Origin: Eledone cirrhosa
Lineage: Eukaryota
NCBI GenBank assembly: GCA_964016885.1
Contig: OZ024743.1
Span: 25,792,001 to 25,856,000 of the forward strand
DNA: 64,000 nucleotides
Direction of reading: 5' to 3'
Of the stretch, positions 26,901 through 43,000 are shown piece by piece (the stretch's first letter is position 1; the number at the start of each line of letters is the position of its first letter). The notes beneath the pieces were generated by a model. That model made no database searches, was not told where the DNA came from, and saw only the letters and a program-made list of their open reading frames with translations. Position numbers and translations under genes: made by a program.

Positions 26901-29900
26901 ACACTTATATCAGTTGATAATACTGTTGTTACTGGAATACACTTATATCAGTTGACAATACTGTTGTTACTGGAATACACTTATATCAGTTGACAATACT
27001 GTTGTTACTGGAATACACTTATATCAGTTGATAATACAGTTGTTACTAGAATACACTTATATCATTTGACAATACTGTTGTTACTGGAATACACTTATAT
27101 CAGTTGACAATACTGTTGTTACTGGAAAAAACTTATATCAGTTGATATTACTGTTGTTACTGGAATACACTTATTTCAGTTGACAATACTGTTGTTGCTG
27201 GAATACACCTATATCAGTTGATAATACTGTTGTTACTGGAATACACTTATATCTGTTGACAATACTTTTGTTACTGGAATACACTTATATCAATTGAGAA
27301 TACTGTTGTTACTGGAATACACTTATATCAGTTGACAATACTGTTGTTGCTGGAATACACTTATATCAGTTGATAATACTGTTGTTACTGGAATACACTT
27401 ATATCAGTTGACAATACTGTTGTTACTGGCATACACTTATATCAGTTGACAATACTGTTGTTACTGGAATACACTTATCTCAGTTGACAATACTGTTGTT
27501 ACTGGAATACACTTATATCAGTTGACAATACTGTTGTTAATGGAATACACTTATATCAGTTGACAATACTGTTGTTACTGGAATACACTTATATCAGTTG
27601 ACAATACTGTTGTTACAGGAATACACTTATATCAGTTGACAATACTGTTGTTGGTGGAATACACTTATTTCAGTTGACAATACTGTTGTTACTGGAATAC
27701 ACTTATATCAGTTGATAATACTGTTGTTACTGGAATACACTTATATCAGTTGACATTACTGTTGTTACTGGAATACACTTATTTCAGTTGACAATACTGT
27801 TGTTACTGGAATACACTTATTTCAGTTGACAATACTGTTGTTACTGGAATACACTTATATCAGTTGATAATACTGTTGTTACTGGAATACACTTATATCA
27901 GTTGATAATACTGTTGTTACTGGAATACACTTATATCAGTTGACAATACTGTTGTTACTGGAATACACTTATATCAGTTGACAATACTGTTGTTACTGGA
28001 ATACACTTATATCAGTTGATAATACTGTTGTTACTAGAATACACTTATATCATTTGACAATACTGTTGTTACTGGAATACACTTATATCAGTTGACAATA
28101 CTGTTGTTACTGGAATACACTTATATCAGTTGACATTACTGTTGTTACTGGAATACACTTATTTCAGTTGACAATACTGTTGTTACTGGAATACACTTAT
28201 ATCAGTTGACAATACTGTTGTTAATGGAATACACTTATATCAGTTGACAATCCTGTTGTTTCTGGAATACACTTATATCAGTTGATAATACTGTTGTTAC
28301 TGGAATACACTTATTTCAGTTGACAATACTGTTGTTACTGGAATACACTTATATCAGTTGATAATACTGTTGTTACTGGAATACACTTACATCAGTTGAT
28401 AATACTGTTGTTGCTGGAATACACTTATTTCAGTTGACAATACTGTTGTTACTGGAATACACTTCATCAGTTGATAATACTGTTGTTACTGGAATACACT
28501 TATATCAGTTGATAATACTGTTGTTACTGGAATACACTTATATCAGTTGACATTACTGTTGTTACTGGAATACACTTATTTCAGTTGACAATACTGTTGT
28601 TACTGGAATACACTTATATCAGTTGACAATACTGTTATTACTGGAATACACTTATATCAGTTGACAATACTGTTGTTACTGGAATACACTTATATCAGTT
28701 GATAATACAGTTGTTACTGGAATACACTTATTTCAGTTGACAATACTGTTGTTACTGGAATACACTTATATCAGTTGATAATACTGTTGTTACTGGAATA
28801 CACTTATATCAGTTGATAATACAGTTGTTACTGGAATACACTTATTTCAGTTGACAATACTGTTGTTACTGGAATACACTTATATCAGTTGATAATACTG
28901 TTGTTACTGGAATACACTTATATCAATTGATAATACTGTTGTTACTGGAATACACTTATATCAGGTGACAATACTGTTGTTACTGGATTACACTTATATC
29001 AGTTGACAATACTGTTGTTACTGGAATACACTTATATCAGTTGACAATACTGTTGTTACTGGAATACACTTATTTCAGTTGACAATACTGTTGTTACTGG
29101 AATACACTTATATCAGTTGATAATACTGTTGTTACTGGAATACACTTATATCAGTTGATAATACTGTTGTTACTGGAATACACTTATATCAGTTGACAAT
29201 ACTGTTGTTACTGGAATACACTTATATCAGTTGACAATACTGTTGTTACTGGAATACACTTATATCAGTTGATAATACTGTTGTTACTAGAATACACTTA
29301 TATCATTTGACAATACTGTTGTTACTGGAATACACTTATATCAGTTGACAATACTGTTGTTACTGGAATACACTTATATCAGTTGACATTACTGTTGTTA
29401 CTGGAATACACTTATTTCAGTTGACAATACTGTTGTTACTGGAATACACTTATATCAGTTGATAATACTGTTGTTACTGGAATACACTTATATCAGTTGA
29501 TAATACTGTTGTTACTGGAATACACTTATATCAGTTGACAATACTGTTGTTAATGGAATACACTTATATCAGTTGACAATACTGTTGTTACTGGAATACA
29601 CTTATATCAGTTGACAATACTGTTGTTACTGGAATACACTTATATCAGTTGACAATACTGTTGTTGCGGGAATATACTTATATCAGTTGCTAATACTGTT
29701 GTTACTGGAATACACTTATATCAGTTGACAATACTGTTGTTAATGGAATACACTTATATCAGTTGACAATCCTGTTGTTTCTGGAATACACTTATATCAG
29801 TTGATAATACTGTTGTTACTGGAATACACTTATTTCAGTTGACAATACTGTTGTTACTGGAATACACTTATATCAGTTGATAATACTGTTGTTACTGGAA

Positions 29901-30199
29901 TACACTTACATCAGTTGATAATACTGTTGTTGCTGGAATACACTTATTTCAGTTGACAATACTGTTGTTACTGGAATACACTTCATCAGTTGATAATACT
30001 GTTGTTACTGGAATACACTTATATCAGTTGATAATACTGTTGTTACTGGAATACACTTATATCAGTTGACAATACTGTGGTTACTGGAATACACTTATAT
30101 CAGTTGACAATACTGTTGTTACTGGAATACACTTATATCAGTTGACAATACTGTTGTTGCTGGAATACACTTATATCAGTTGATAATACTGTTGTTACT

Positions 30200-33100
30200 G
30201 GAATACACTTATATCAGTTGACAATACTGTTGTTACTGGAATACACTTATATCAGTTGACAATACTGTTGTTACTGGAATACACTTATATCAGTTGATAA
30301 TACAGTTGTTACTAGAATACACTTATATCATTTGACAATACTGTTGTTACTGGAATACACTTATATCAGTTGACAATACTGTTGTTACTGGAAAAAACTT
30401 ATATCAGTTGATATTACTGTTGTTACTGGAATACACTTATTTCAGTTGACAATACTGTTGTTGCTGGAATACACTTATATCAGTTGATAATACTGTTGTT
30501 ACTGGAATACACTTATATCTGTTGACAATACTTTTGTTACTGGAATACACTTATATCAATTGAGAATACTGTTGTTACTGGAATACACTTATATCAGTTG
30601 ACAATACTGTTGTTGCTGGAATACACTTATATCAGTTGATAATACTGTTGTTACTGGAATACACTTATATCAGTTGACAATACTGTTGTTACTGGCATAC
30701 ACTTATATCAGTTGACAATACTGTTGTTACTGGAATACACTTATCTCAGTTGACAATACTGTTGTTACTGGAATACACTTATATCAGTTGACAATACTGT
30801 TGTTAATGGAATACACTTATATCAGTTGACAATACTGTTGTTACTGGAATACACTTATATCAGTTGACAATACTGTTGTTACAGGAATACACTTATATCA
30901 GTTGACAATACTGTTGTTGGTGGAATACACTTATTTCAGTTGACAATACTGTTGTTACTGGAATACACTTATATCAGTTGATAATACTGTTGTTAATGGA
31001 ATACACTTATATCAGTTGACAATACTGTTGTTACTGGAATACACTTATATCAGTTGACAATACTGTTGTTACTGGAATACACTTATATCAGTTGACAATA
31101 CTGTTGTTACTGGAATACACTTATATCAGTTGACAATACTGTTGTTACTGGAATACACTTATATCAGTTGATAATACTGTTGTTACTAGAATACACTTAT
31201 ATCAGTTGACAATACTGTTGTTACTGGAATACACTTATATCAGTTGATAATACTGTTGTTACTGGAATACACTTATATCAGTTGACAATACTGTTGTTAA
31301 TGGAATACACTTATATCAGTTGACAATACTGTTGTTACTGGAATACACTTATATCAGTTGACAATACTGTTGTTACTGGAATACACTTATATCAGTTGAC
31401 AATACTGTTGTTGCGGGAATATACTTATATCAGTTGCTAATACAGTTGTTACTGGAATACACTTATATCAGTTGACAATACTGTTGTTACTGGACTCCAC
31501 TTATATCAGTTGACAATACTGTTGTTACTGGAATACACTTATATCAGTTGACAATACTGTTGTTACTGGAATACACTTATATCAGTTGACAATACTGTTG
31601 TTACTGGAATACACTTATATCAGTTGATAATACTGTTGTTACTGGAATACACTTATTTCAGTTGACAATACTGTTGTTACTGGAATACACTTATATCAGT
31701 TGACAATACTGTTGTTACTGGAAAACATTTATATCAGTTGACAATACTGTTGTTAATGGAATGCACTTATATCAGTTGACAATACTGTTGTTACTGGAAT
31801 ACACTTATATCAGTTGACAATAATGTTGTTACTGGAATACACTTATATCAGTTGTTAATACTGTTGTTACTGGAATACACTTATATCAGTTGACAATACT
31901 GTTGTTAATGGAATACACTTATATCAGTTGACAATACTGTTGTTACTGGAATACACTTATATCAGTTGACAATACTGTTATTACTGGAATACACTTATAT
32001 CAGTTGACAATACTGTTGTTACTGGAATACACTTATTTCAGTTGACAATACTGTTGTTACTGGAATACACTTATATCAGTTGATAATACTGTTGTTACTG
32101 GAATACACTTATATCAGTTGATAATACTGTTGTTACTAGAATACACTTATATCAGTTGACAATACTGTTGTTACTGGAATACACTTATATCTGTTGACAA
32201 TACTGTTGTTACTGGAATACACTTATATCAGTTGACAATACTGTTGTTACTGGAATACACTTATATCAGTTGACAATACTGTTGTTACTGGAATACACTT
32301 ATATCAGTTGATAATACAGTTGTTACTGGAATACACTTATTTCAGTTGACAATACTGTTGTTACTGGAATACACTTATATCAGTTGATAATACTGTTGTT
32401 ACTGGAATACACTTATATCAGTTGATAATACTGTTGTTACTGGAATACACTTATATCAGGTGACAATACTGTTGTTACTGGATTACACTTATATCAGTTG
32501 ACAATACTGTTGTTACTGGAATACACTTATATCAGTTGACAATACTGTTGTTACTGGAATACACTTATTTCAGTTGACAATACTGTTGTTACTGGAATAC
32601 ACTTATATCAGTTGATAATACTGTTGTTACTGGAATACACTTATATCAGTTGATAATACTGTTGTTACTGGAATACACTTATATCAGTTGACAATACTGT
32701 TGTTACTGGAATACACTTATATCAGTTGACAATACTGTTGTTACTGGAATACACTTATATCAGTTGATAATACTGTTGTTACTAGAATACACTTATATCA
32801 TTTGACAATACTGTTGTTACTGGAATACACTTATATCAGTTGACAATACTGTTGTTACTGGAATACACTTATATCAGTTGACATTACTGTTGTTACTGGA
32901 ATACACTTATTTCAGTTGACAATACTGTTGTTACTGGAATACACTTATATCAGTTGATAATACTGTTGTTACTGGAATACACTTATATCAGTTGATAATA
33001 CTGTTGTTACTGGAATACACTTATATCAGTTGACAATACTGTTGTTAATGGAATACACTTATATCAGTTGACAATACTGTTGTTACTGGAATACACTTAT

Positions 33101-36100
33101 ATCAGTTGACAATACTGTTGTTACTGGAATACACTTATATCAGTTGACAATACTGTTGTTGCGGGAATATACTTATATCAGTTGCTAATACTGTTGTTAC
33201 TGGAATACACTTATATCAGTTGACAATACTGTTGTTAATGGAATACACTTATATCAGTTGACAATCCTGTTGTTTCTGGAATACACTTATATCAGTTGAT
33301 AATACTGTTGTTACTGGAATACACTTATTTCAGTTGACAATACTGTTGTTACTGGAATACACTTATATCAGTTGATAATACTGTTGTTACTGGAATACAC
33401 TTACATCAGTTGATAATACTGTTGTTGCTGGAATACACTTATTTCAGTTGACAATACTGTTGTTACTGGAATACACTTCATCAGTTGATAATACTGTTGT
33501 TACTGGAATACACTTATATCAGTTGATAATACTGTTGTTACTGGAATACACTTATATCAGTTGACAATACTGTTGTTACTGGAATACACTTATATCAGTT
33601 GACAATACTGTTGTTACTGGAATACACTTATATCAGTTGACAATACTGTTGTTGCTGGAATACACTTATATCAGTTGATAATACTGTTGTTACTGGAATA
33701 CACTTATATCAGTTGACAATACTGTTGTTACTGGAATACACTTATATCAGTTGACAATACTGTTGTTACTGGAATACACTTATATCAGTTGATAATACAG
33801 TTGTTACTAGAATACACTTATATCATTTGACAATACTGTTGTTACTGGAATGCACTTATATCAGTTGACAATACTGTTGTTACTGGAATACACTTATATC
33901 AGTTGATATTACTGTTGTTACTGGAATACACTTATTTCAGTTGACAATACTGTTGTTACTGGAATACACTTATATCAGTTGATAATACTGTTGTTACTGG
34001 AATACACTTATATCTGTTGACAATACTTTTGTTACTGGAATACACTTATATCAATTGAGAATACTGTTGTTACTGGAATACACTTATATCAGTTGACAAT
34101 ACTGTTGTTGCTGGAATACACTTATATCAGTTGATAATACTGTTGTTACTGGAATACACTTATATCTGTTGACAATACTGTTGTTACTGGCATACACTTA
34201 TATCAGTTGACAATACTGTTGTTACTGGAATACACTTATCTCAGTTGACAATACTGTTGTTACTGGAATACACTTATATCAGTTGACAATACTGTTGTTA
34301 ATGGAATACACTTATATCAGTTGACAATACTGTTGTTACTGGAATACACTTATATCAGTTGACAATACTGTTGTTACAGGAATACACTTATATCAGTTGA
34401 CAATACTGTTGTTGGTGGAATACACTTATTTCAGTTGACAATACTGTTGTTACTGGAATACACTTATATCAGTTGATAATACTGTTGTTACTGGAATACA
34501 CTTATATCAGTTGATAATACTGTTGTTACTGGAATACACTTATATCAGTTGACAATACTGTTGTTACTGGCATACACTTATATCAGTTGACAATACTGTT
34601 GTTACTGGAATACACTTATCTCAGTTGACAATACTGTTGTTACTGGAATACACTTATATCAGTTGACAATACTGTTGTTAATGGAATACACTTATATCAG
34701 TTGACAATACTGTTGTTACTGGAATACACTTATATCAGTTGACAATACTGTTGTTACAGGAATACACTTATATCAGTTGACAATACTCTTGTTGGTGGAA
34801 TACACTTATTTCAGTTGACAATACTGTTGTTACTGGAATACACTTATATCAGTTGATAATACTGTTGTTAATGGAATACACTTATATCAGTTGACAATAA
34901 TGTTGTTACTGGAATACACTTATATCAGTTGACAATACTGTTGTTACTGGAATACACTTATATCAGTTGACAATACTGTTGTTACTGGAATACACTTATA
35001 TCAGTTGATAATACTGTTGTTACTAGAATACACTTATATCAGTTGACAATACTGTTGTTACTGGAATACACTTATATCAGTTGATAATACTGTTGTTACT
35101 GGAATACACTTATATCAGTTGACAATACTGTTGTTAATGGAATACACTTATATCAGTTGACAATACTGTTGTTACTGGAATACACTTATATCAGTTGACA
35201 ATACTGTTGTTACTGGAATACACTTATATCAGTTGACAATACTGTTGTTGCGGGAATATACTTATATCAGTTGCTAATACTGTTGTTACTGGAATACACT
35301 TATATCAGTTGACAATACTGTTGTTACTGGACTCCACTTATATCAGTTGACAATACTGTTGTTACTGGAATACACTTATATCAGTTGACAATACTGTTGT
35401 TACTGGAATACACTTATATCAGTTGACAATACTGTTGTTACTGGAATACACTTATATCAGTTGATAATACTGTTGTTACTGGAATACACTTATTTCAGTT
35501 GACAATACTGTTGTTACTGGAATACACTTATATCAGTTGACAATACTGTTGTTACTGGAAAACATTTATATCAGTTGACAATACTGTTGTTAATGGAATG
35601 CACTTATATCAGTTGACAATACTGTTGTTACTGGAATACACTTATATCAGTTGACAATACTGTTGTTACTGGAATACACTTATATCAGTTGATAATACAG
35701 TTGTTACTAGAATACACTTATATCATTTGACAATACTGTTGTTACTGGAATACACTTATATCAGTTGACAATACTGTTGTTACTGGAAAAAACTTATATC
35801 AGTTGATATTACTGTTGTTACTGGAATACACTTATTTCAGTTGACAATACTGTTGTTGCTGGAATACACTTATATCAGTTGATAATACTGTTGTTACTGG
35901 AATACACTTATATCTGTTGACAATACTTTTGTTACTGGAATACACTTATATCAATTGAGAATACTGTTGTTACTGGAATACACTTATATCAGTTGACAAT
36001 ACTGTTGTTGCTGGAATACAATTATATCAGTTGATAATACTGTTGTTACTGGAATACACTTATATCAGTTGACAATACTGTTGTTACTGGCATACACTTA

Positions 36101-37700
36101 TATCAGTTGACAATACTGTTGTTACTGGAATACACTTATCTCAGTTGACAATACTGTTGTTACTGGAATACACTTATATCAGTTGACAATACTGTTGTTA
36201 ATGGAATACACTTATATCAGTTGACAATACTGTTGTTACTGGAATACACTTATATCAGTTGACAATACTGTTGTTACAGGAATACACTTATATCAGTTGA
36301 CAATACTGTTGTTGGTGGAATACACTTATTTCAGTTGACAATACTGTTGTTACTGGAATACACTTATATCAGTTGATAATACTGTTGTTAATGGAATACA
36401 CTTATATCAGTTGACAATACTGTTGTTACTGGAATACACTTATATCAGTTGACAATACTGTTGTTACTGGAATACACTTATATCAGTTGACAATACTGTT
36501 GTTACTGGAATACACTTATATCAGTTGACAATACTGTTGTTACTGGAATACACTTATATCAGTTGATAATACTGTTGTTACTAGAATACACTTATATCAG
36601 TTGACAATACTGTTGTTACTGGAATACACTTATATCAGTTGATAATACTGTTGTTACTGGAATACACTTATATCAGTTGACAATACTGTTGTTAATGGAA
36701 TACACTTATATCAGTTGACAATACTGTTGTTACTGGAATACACTTATATCAGTTGACAATACTGTTGTTACTGGAATACACTTATATCAGTTGACAATAC
36801 TGTTGTTGCGGGAATATACTTATATCAGTTGCTAATACAGTTGTTACTGGAATACACTTATATCAGTTGACAATACTGTTGTTACTGGACTCCACTTATA
36901 TCAGTTGACAATACTGTTGTTACTGGAATACACTTATATCAGTTGACAATACTGTTGTTACTGGAATACACTTATATCAGTTGACAATACTGTTGTTACT
37001 GGAATACACTTATATCAGTTGATAATACTGTTGTTACTGGAATACACTTATTTCAGTTGACAATACTGTTGTTACTGGAATACACTTATATCAGTTGACA
37101 ATACTGTTGTTACTGGAAAACATTTATATCAGTTGACAATACTGTTGTTAATGGAATGCACTTATATCAGTTGACAATACTGTTGTTACTGGAATACACT
37201 TATATCAGTTGACAATAATGTTGTTACTGGAATACACTTATATCAGTTGTTAATACTGTTGTTACTGGAATACACTTATATCAGTTGACAATACTGTTGT
37301 TAATGGAATACACTTATATCAGTTGACAATACTGTTGTTACTGGAATACACTTATATCAGTTGACAATACTGTTATTACTGGAATACACTTATATCAGTT
37401 GACAATACTGTTGTTACTGGAATACACTTATTTCAGTTGACAATACTGTTGTTACTGGAATACACTTATATCAGTTGATAATACTGTTGTTACTGGAATA
37501 CACTTATATCAGTTGATAATACTGTTGTTACTAGAATACACTTATGTCAGTTGACAATACTGTTGTTACTGGAATACACTTATATCTGTTGACAATACTG
37601 TTGTTACTGGAATACACTTATATCAGTTGACAATACTGTTGTTACTGGAATACACTTATATCAGTTGACAATACTGTTGTTACTGGAATACACTTATATC
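30200..37700 (+). repeat. Duplicated block pair, about 30.2-32.3 kb and 35.6-37.7 kb (offset 5,395)
   Basis: GGAAAAAACTT 30390/35785, GCTAATACAG 31436/36831, GGAAAACATTT 31720/37115, GTTGTTAATA 31851/37246. Confidence 0.85.
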
Positions 37701-40700
37701 AGTTGATAATACTGTTGTTACTGGAATACACTTATATCAGTTGACAATACTGTTGTTACTGGAATACACTTATATCAGTTGACAATACTGTTGTTGCGGG
37801 AATATACTTATATCAGTTGCTAATACTGTTGTTACTGGAATACACTTATATCAGTTGACAATACTGTTGTTAATGGAATACACTTATATCAGTTGACAAT
37901 CCTGTTGTTTCTGGAATACACTTATATCAGTTGATAATACTGTTGTTACTGGAATACACTTATTTCAGTTGACAATACTGTTGTTACTGGAATACACTTA
38001 TATCAGTTGATAATACTGTTGTTACTGGAATACACTTACATCAGTTGATAATACTGTTGTTGCTGGAATACACTTATTTCAGTTGACAATACTGTTGTTA
38101 CTGGAATACACTTCATCAGTTGATAATACTGTTGTTACTGGAATACACTTATATCAGTTGATAATACTGTTGTTACTGGAATACACTTATATCAGTTGAC
38201 AATACTGTTGTTACTGGAATACACTTATATCAGTTGACAATACTGTTGTTACTGGAATACACTTATATCAGTTGACAATACTGTTGTTGCTGGAATACAC
38301 TTATATCAGTTGATAATACTGTTGTTACTGGAATACACTTATATCAGTTGACAATACTGTTGTTACTGGAATACACTTATATCAGTTGACAATACTGTTG
38401 TTACTGGAATACACTTATATCAGTTGATAATACAGTTGTTACTAGAATACACTTATATCATTTGACAATACTGTTGTTACTGGAATGCACTTATATCAGT
38501 TGACAATACTGTTGTTACTGGAATACACTTATATCAGTTGATATTACTGTTGTTACTGGAATACACTTATTTCAGTTGACAATACTGTTGTTACTGGAAT
38601 ACACTTATATCAGTTGATAATACTGTTGTTACTGGAATACACTTATATCTGTTGACAATACTTTTGTTACTGGAATACACTTATATCAATTGAGAATACT
38701 GTTGTTACTGGAATACACTTATATCAGTTGACAATACTGTTGTTGCTGGAATACACTTATATCAGTTGATAATACTGTTGTTACTGGAATACACTTATAT
38801 CTGTTGACAATACTGTTGTTACTGGCATACACTTATATCAGTTGACAATACTGTTGTTACTGGAATACACTTATCTCAGTTGACAATACTGTTGTTACTG
38901 GAATACACTTATATCAGTTGACAATACTGTTGTTAATGGAATACACTTATATCAGTTGACAATACTGTTGTTACTGGAATACACTTATATCAGTTGACAA
39001 TACTGTTGTTACAGGAATACACTTATATCAGTTGACAATACTGTTGTTGGTGGAATACACTTATTTCAGTTGACAATACTGTTGTTACTGGAATACACTT
39101 ATATCAGTTGATAATACTGTTGTTACTGGAATACACTTATATCAGTTGATAATACTGTTGTTACTGGAATACACTTATATCAGTTGACAATACTGTTGTT
39201 ACTGGCATACACTTATATCAGTTGACAATACTGTTGTTACTGGAATACACTTATCTCAGTTGACAATACTGTTGTTACTGGAATACACTTATATCAGTTG
39301 ACAATACTGTTGTTAATGGAATACACTTATATCAGTTGACAATACTGTTGTTACTGGAATACACTTATATCAGTTGACAATACTGTTGTTACAGGAATAC
39401 ACTTATATCAGTTGACAATACTGTTGTTGGTGGAATACACTTATTTCAGTTGACAATACTGTTGTTACTGGAATACACTTATATCAGTTGATAATACTGT
39501 TGTTAATGGAATACACTTATATCAGTTGACAATAATGTTGTTACTGGAATACACTTATATCAGTTGACAATACTGTTGTTACTGGAATACACTTATATCA
39601 GTTGACAATACTGTTGTTACTGGAATACACTTATATCAGTTGATAATACTGTTGTTACTAGAATACACTTATATCAGTTGACAATACTGTTGTTACTGGA
39701 ATACACTTATATCAGTTGATAATACTGTTGTTACTGGAATACACTTATATCAGTTGACAATACTGTTGTTAATGGAATACACTTATATCAGTTGACAATA
39801 CTGTTGTTACTGGAATACACTTATATCAGTTGACAATACTGTTGTTACTGGAATACACTTATATCAGTTGACAATACTGTTGTTGCGGGAATATACTTAT
39901 ATCAGTTGCTAATACTGTTGTTACTGGAATACACTTATATCAGTTGACAATACTGTTGTTACTGGACTCCACTTATATCAGTTGACAATACTGTTGTTAC
40001 TGGAATACACTTATATCAGTTGACAATACTGTTGTTACTGGAATACACTTATATCAGTTGACAATACTGTTGTTACTGGAATACACTTATATCAGTTGAT
40101 AATACTGTTGTTACTGGAATACACTTATTTCAGTTGACAATACTGTTGTTACTGGAATACACTTATATCAGTTGACAATACTGTTGTTACTGGAAAACAT
40201 TTATATCAGTTGACAATACTGTTGTTAATGGAATGCACTTATATCAGTTGACAATACTGTTGTTACTGGAATACACTTATATCAGTTGACAATAATGTTG
40301 TTACTGGAATACACTTATATCAGTTGTTAATACTGTTGTTACTGGAATACACTTATATCAGTTGACAATACTGTTGTTAATGGAATACACTTATATCAGT
40401 TGACAATACTGTTGTTACTGGAATACACTTATATCAGTTGACAATACTGTTATTACTGGAATACACTTATATCAGTTGACAATACTGTTGTTACTGGAAT
40501 ACACTTATTTCAGTTGACAATACTGTTGTTACTGGAATACACTTATATCAGTTGATAATACTGTTGTTACTGGAATACACTTATATCAGTTGATAATACT
40601 GTTGTTACTAGAATACACTTATATCAGTTGACAATACTGTTGTTACTGGAATACACTTATATCTGTTGACAATACTGTTGTTACTGGAATACACTTATAT

Positions 40701-43000
40701 CAGTTGACAATACTGTTGTTACTGGAATACACTTATATCAGTTGACAATACTGTTGTTACTGGAATACACTTATATCAGTTGATAATACAGTTGTTACTG
40801 GAATACACTTATTTCAGTTGACAATACTGTTGTTACTGGAATACACTTATATCAGTTGATAATACTGTTGTTACTGGAATACACTTATATCAGTTGATAA
40901 TACTGTTGTTACTGGAATACACTTATATCAGGTGACAATACTGTTGTTACTGGATTACACTTATATCAGTTGACAATACTGTTGTTACTGGAATACACTT
41001 ATATCAGTTGACAATACTGTTGTTACTGGAATACACTTATTTCAGTTGACAATACTGTTGTTACTGGAATACACTTATATCAGTTGATAATACTGTTGTT
41101 ACTGGAATACACTTATATCAGTTGATAATACTGTTGTTACTGGAATACACTTATATCAGTTGACAATACTGTTGTTACTGGAATACACTTATATCAGTTG
41201 ACAATACTGTTGTTACTGGAATACACTTATATCAGTTGATAATACTGTTGTTACTAGAATACACTTATATTATTTGACAATACTGTTGTTACTGGAATAC
41301 ACTTATATCAGTTGACAATACTGTTGTTACTGGAATACACTTATATCAGTTGACATTACTGTTGTTACTGGAATACACTTATTTCAGTTGACAATACTGT
41401 TGTTACTGGAATACACTTATATCAGTTGATAATACTGTTGTTACTGGAATACACTTATATCAGTTGATAATACTGTTGTTACTGGAATACACTTATATCA
41501 GTTGACAATACTGTTGTTAATGGAATACACTTATATCAGTTGACAATACTGTTGTTACTGGAATACACTTATATCAGTTGACAATACTGTTGTTACTGGA
41601 ATACACTTATATCAGTTGACAATACTGTTGTTGCGGGAATATACTTATATCAGTTGCTAATACTGTTGTTACTGGAATACACTTATATCAGTTGACAATA
41701 CTGTTGTTAATGGAATACACTTATATCAGTTGACAATCCTGTTGTTTCTGGAATACACTTATATCAGTTGATAATACTGTTGTTACTGGAATACACTTAT
41801 TTCAGTTGACAATACTGTTGTTACTGGAATACACTTATATCAGTTGATAATACTGTTGTTACTGGAATACACTTACATCAGTTGATAATACTGTTGTTGC
41901 TGGAATACACTTATTTCAGTTGACAATACTGTTGTTACTGGAATACACTTCATCAGTTGATAATACTGTTGTTACTGGAATACACTTATATCAGTTGATA
42001 ATACTGTTGTTACTGGAATACACTTATATCAGTTGACAATACTGTTGTTACTGGAATACACTTATATCAGTTGACAATACTGTTGTTACTGGAATACACT
42101 TATATCAGTTGACAATACTGTTGTTGCTGGAATACACTTATATCAGTTGATAATACTGTTGTTACTGGAATACACTTATATCAGTTGACAATACTGTTGT
42201 TACTGGAATACACTTATATCAGTTGACAATACTGTTGTTACTGGAATACACTTATATCAGTTGATAATACAGTTGTTACTAGAATACACTTATATCATTT
42301 GACAATACTGTTGTTACTGGAATGCACTTATATCAGTTGACAATACTGTTGTTACTGGAATACACTTATATCAGTTGATATTACTGTTGTTACTGGAATA
42401 CACTTATTTCAGTTGACAATACTGTTGTTACTGGAATACACTTATATCAGTTGATAATACTGTTGTTACTGGAATACACTTATATCTGTTGACAATACTT
42501 TTGTTACTGGAATACACTTATATCAATTGAGAATACTGTTGTTACTGGAATACACTTATATCAGTTGACAATACTGTTGTTGCTGGAATACACTTATATC
42601 AGTTGATAATACTGTTGTTACTGGAATACACTTATATCAGTTGACAATACTGTTGTTACTGGCATACACTTATATCAGTTGACAATACTGTTGTTACTGG
42701 AATACACTTATCTCAGTTGACAATACTGTTGTTACTGGAATACACTTATATCAGTTGACAATACTGTTGTTAATGGAATACACTTATATCAGTTGACAAT
42801 ACTGTTGTTACTGGAATACACTTATATCAGTTGACAATACTGTTGTTACAGGAATACACTTATATCAGTTGACAATACTGTTGTTGGTGGAATACACTTA
42901 TTTCAGTTGACAATACTGTTGTTACTGGAATACACTTATATCAGTTGATAATACTGTTGTTACTGGAATACACTTATATCAGTTGACAATACTGTTGTTA
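31400..43000 (+). repeat. Duplicated block pair, about 31.4-34.5 kb and 39.9-43.0 kb (offset 8,472)
   Basis: GGAAAACATTT 31720/40192, GTTGTTAATA 31851/40323, GCGGG 33161/41633, GGAATGCAC 33847/42319. Confidence 0.85.
33100..40300 (+). repeat. Duplicated block pair, about 33.1-35.65 kb and 37.7-40.3 kb (offset 4,635)
   Basis: GCGGG 33161/37796 and 35250/39885, GGAATGCAC 33847/38482, GGAAAACATTT 35557/40192. Both copies carry the doubled GGCAT-TATCTC-ACAGG-GGTGG cassette. Confidence 0.85.
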
